DNA from: a virus
Lineage: Duplodnaviria > Caudoviricetes
Length of the DNA: 56,251 nucleotides
Strand: one strand, 5' to 3'
Virus record (IMG/VR): IMGVR_UViG_3300047090_000093
Coordinates: 1-56,251 of that record
The position numbers were made by a program, and so were the translations under genes. Numbering within the stretch: the stretch's first letter is position 1; the number at the start of each line of letters is the position of its first letter. The notes below the pieces were generated by a model. It saw nothing but the letters and a program-made list of their open reading frames with translations, had not been told where the DNA came from and did no database searches. Below are positions 56,239-56,251 of this stretch, piece after piece.

Positions 56239-56251
56239 ACGCGCGTATCAC

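Noticed and set aside
1-56251. Major capsid, scaffold, tRNA or rRNA genes
   Set aside because: None recognised by eye; capsid and scaffold probably lie just outside the window ends, so absence is not claimed as biological

Overview
The window is most of the genome of a temperate, P22-like (podovirus-type) phage, probably infecting Alphaproteobacteria (Hyphomicrobiales/Bradyrhizobium-like; inferred from gene content). Phage genes flank both sides of the integrase, so it is in attP (free phage) configuration. Order: head-completion, ejection and tail genes (0.3-15.2 kb); a leftward AAA-ATPase cluster (15.2-17.6 kb); lysis and small membrane genes (18-23.4 kb); attP, integrase and xis; leftward early genes; cI/cro switch with TTCAC-N5-GTGAA operators (28.4-29.0 kb); two DNA methyltransferases, an HTH replication protein and a NusG paralogue; terS, an accessory block, terL and portal; then FkbM methyltransferase, GT9 glycosyltransferase and beta-rich virion proteins. 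No major capsid gene was recognised, so the window seems to be cut on either side of it. The most striking element lies between terS and terL (38.1-39.65 kb): a stand-alone RAMP/Cas7-like gene and a winged-HTH-like gene bracketed by two non-coding, 5-nt-phased CGC-NN arrays with a structured leader. This is a candidate non-CRISPR RNA-guided system. Other oddities include two genes with frameshifting internal deletions, an ORF overprinted on a terL insertion, tail proteins with signal peptides, shared peptide tags, anti-SD sRNA hairpins and a 140-bp exact tandem duplication. All family assignments come from motif recognition by eye, not database searches.
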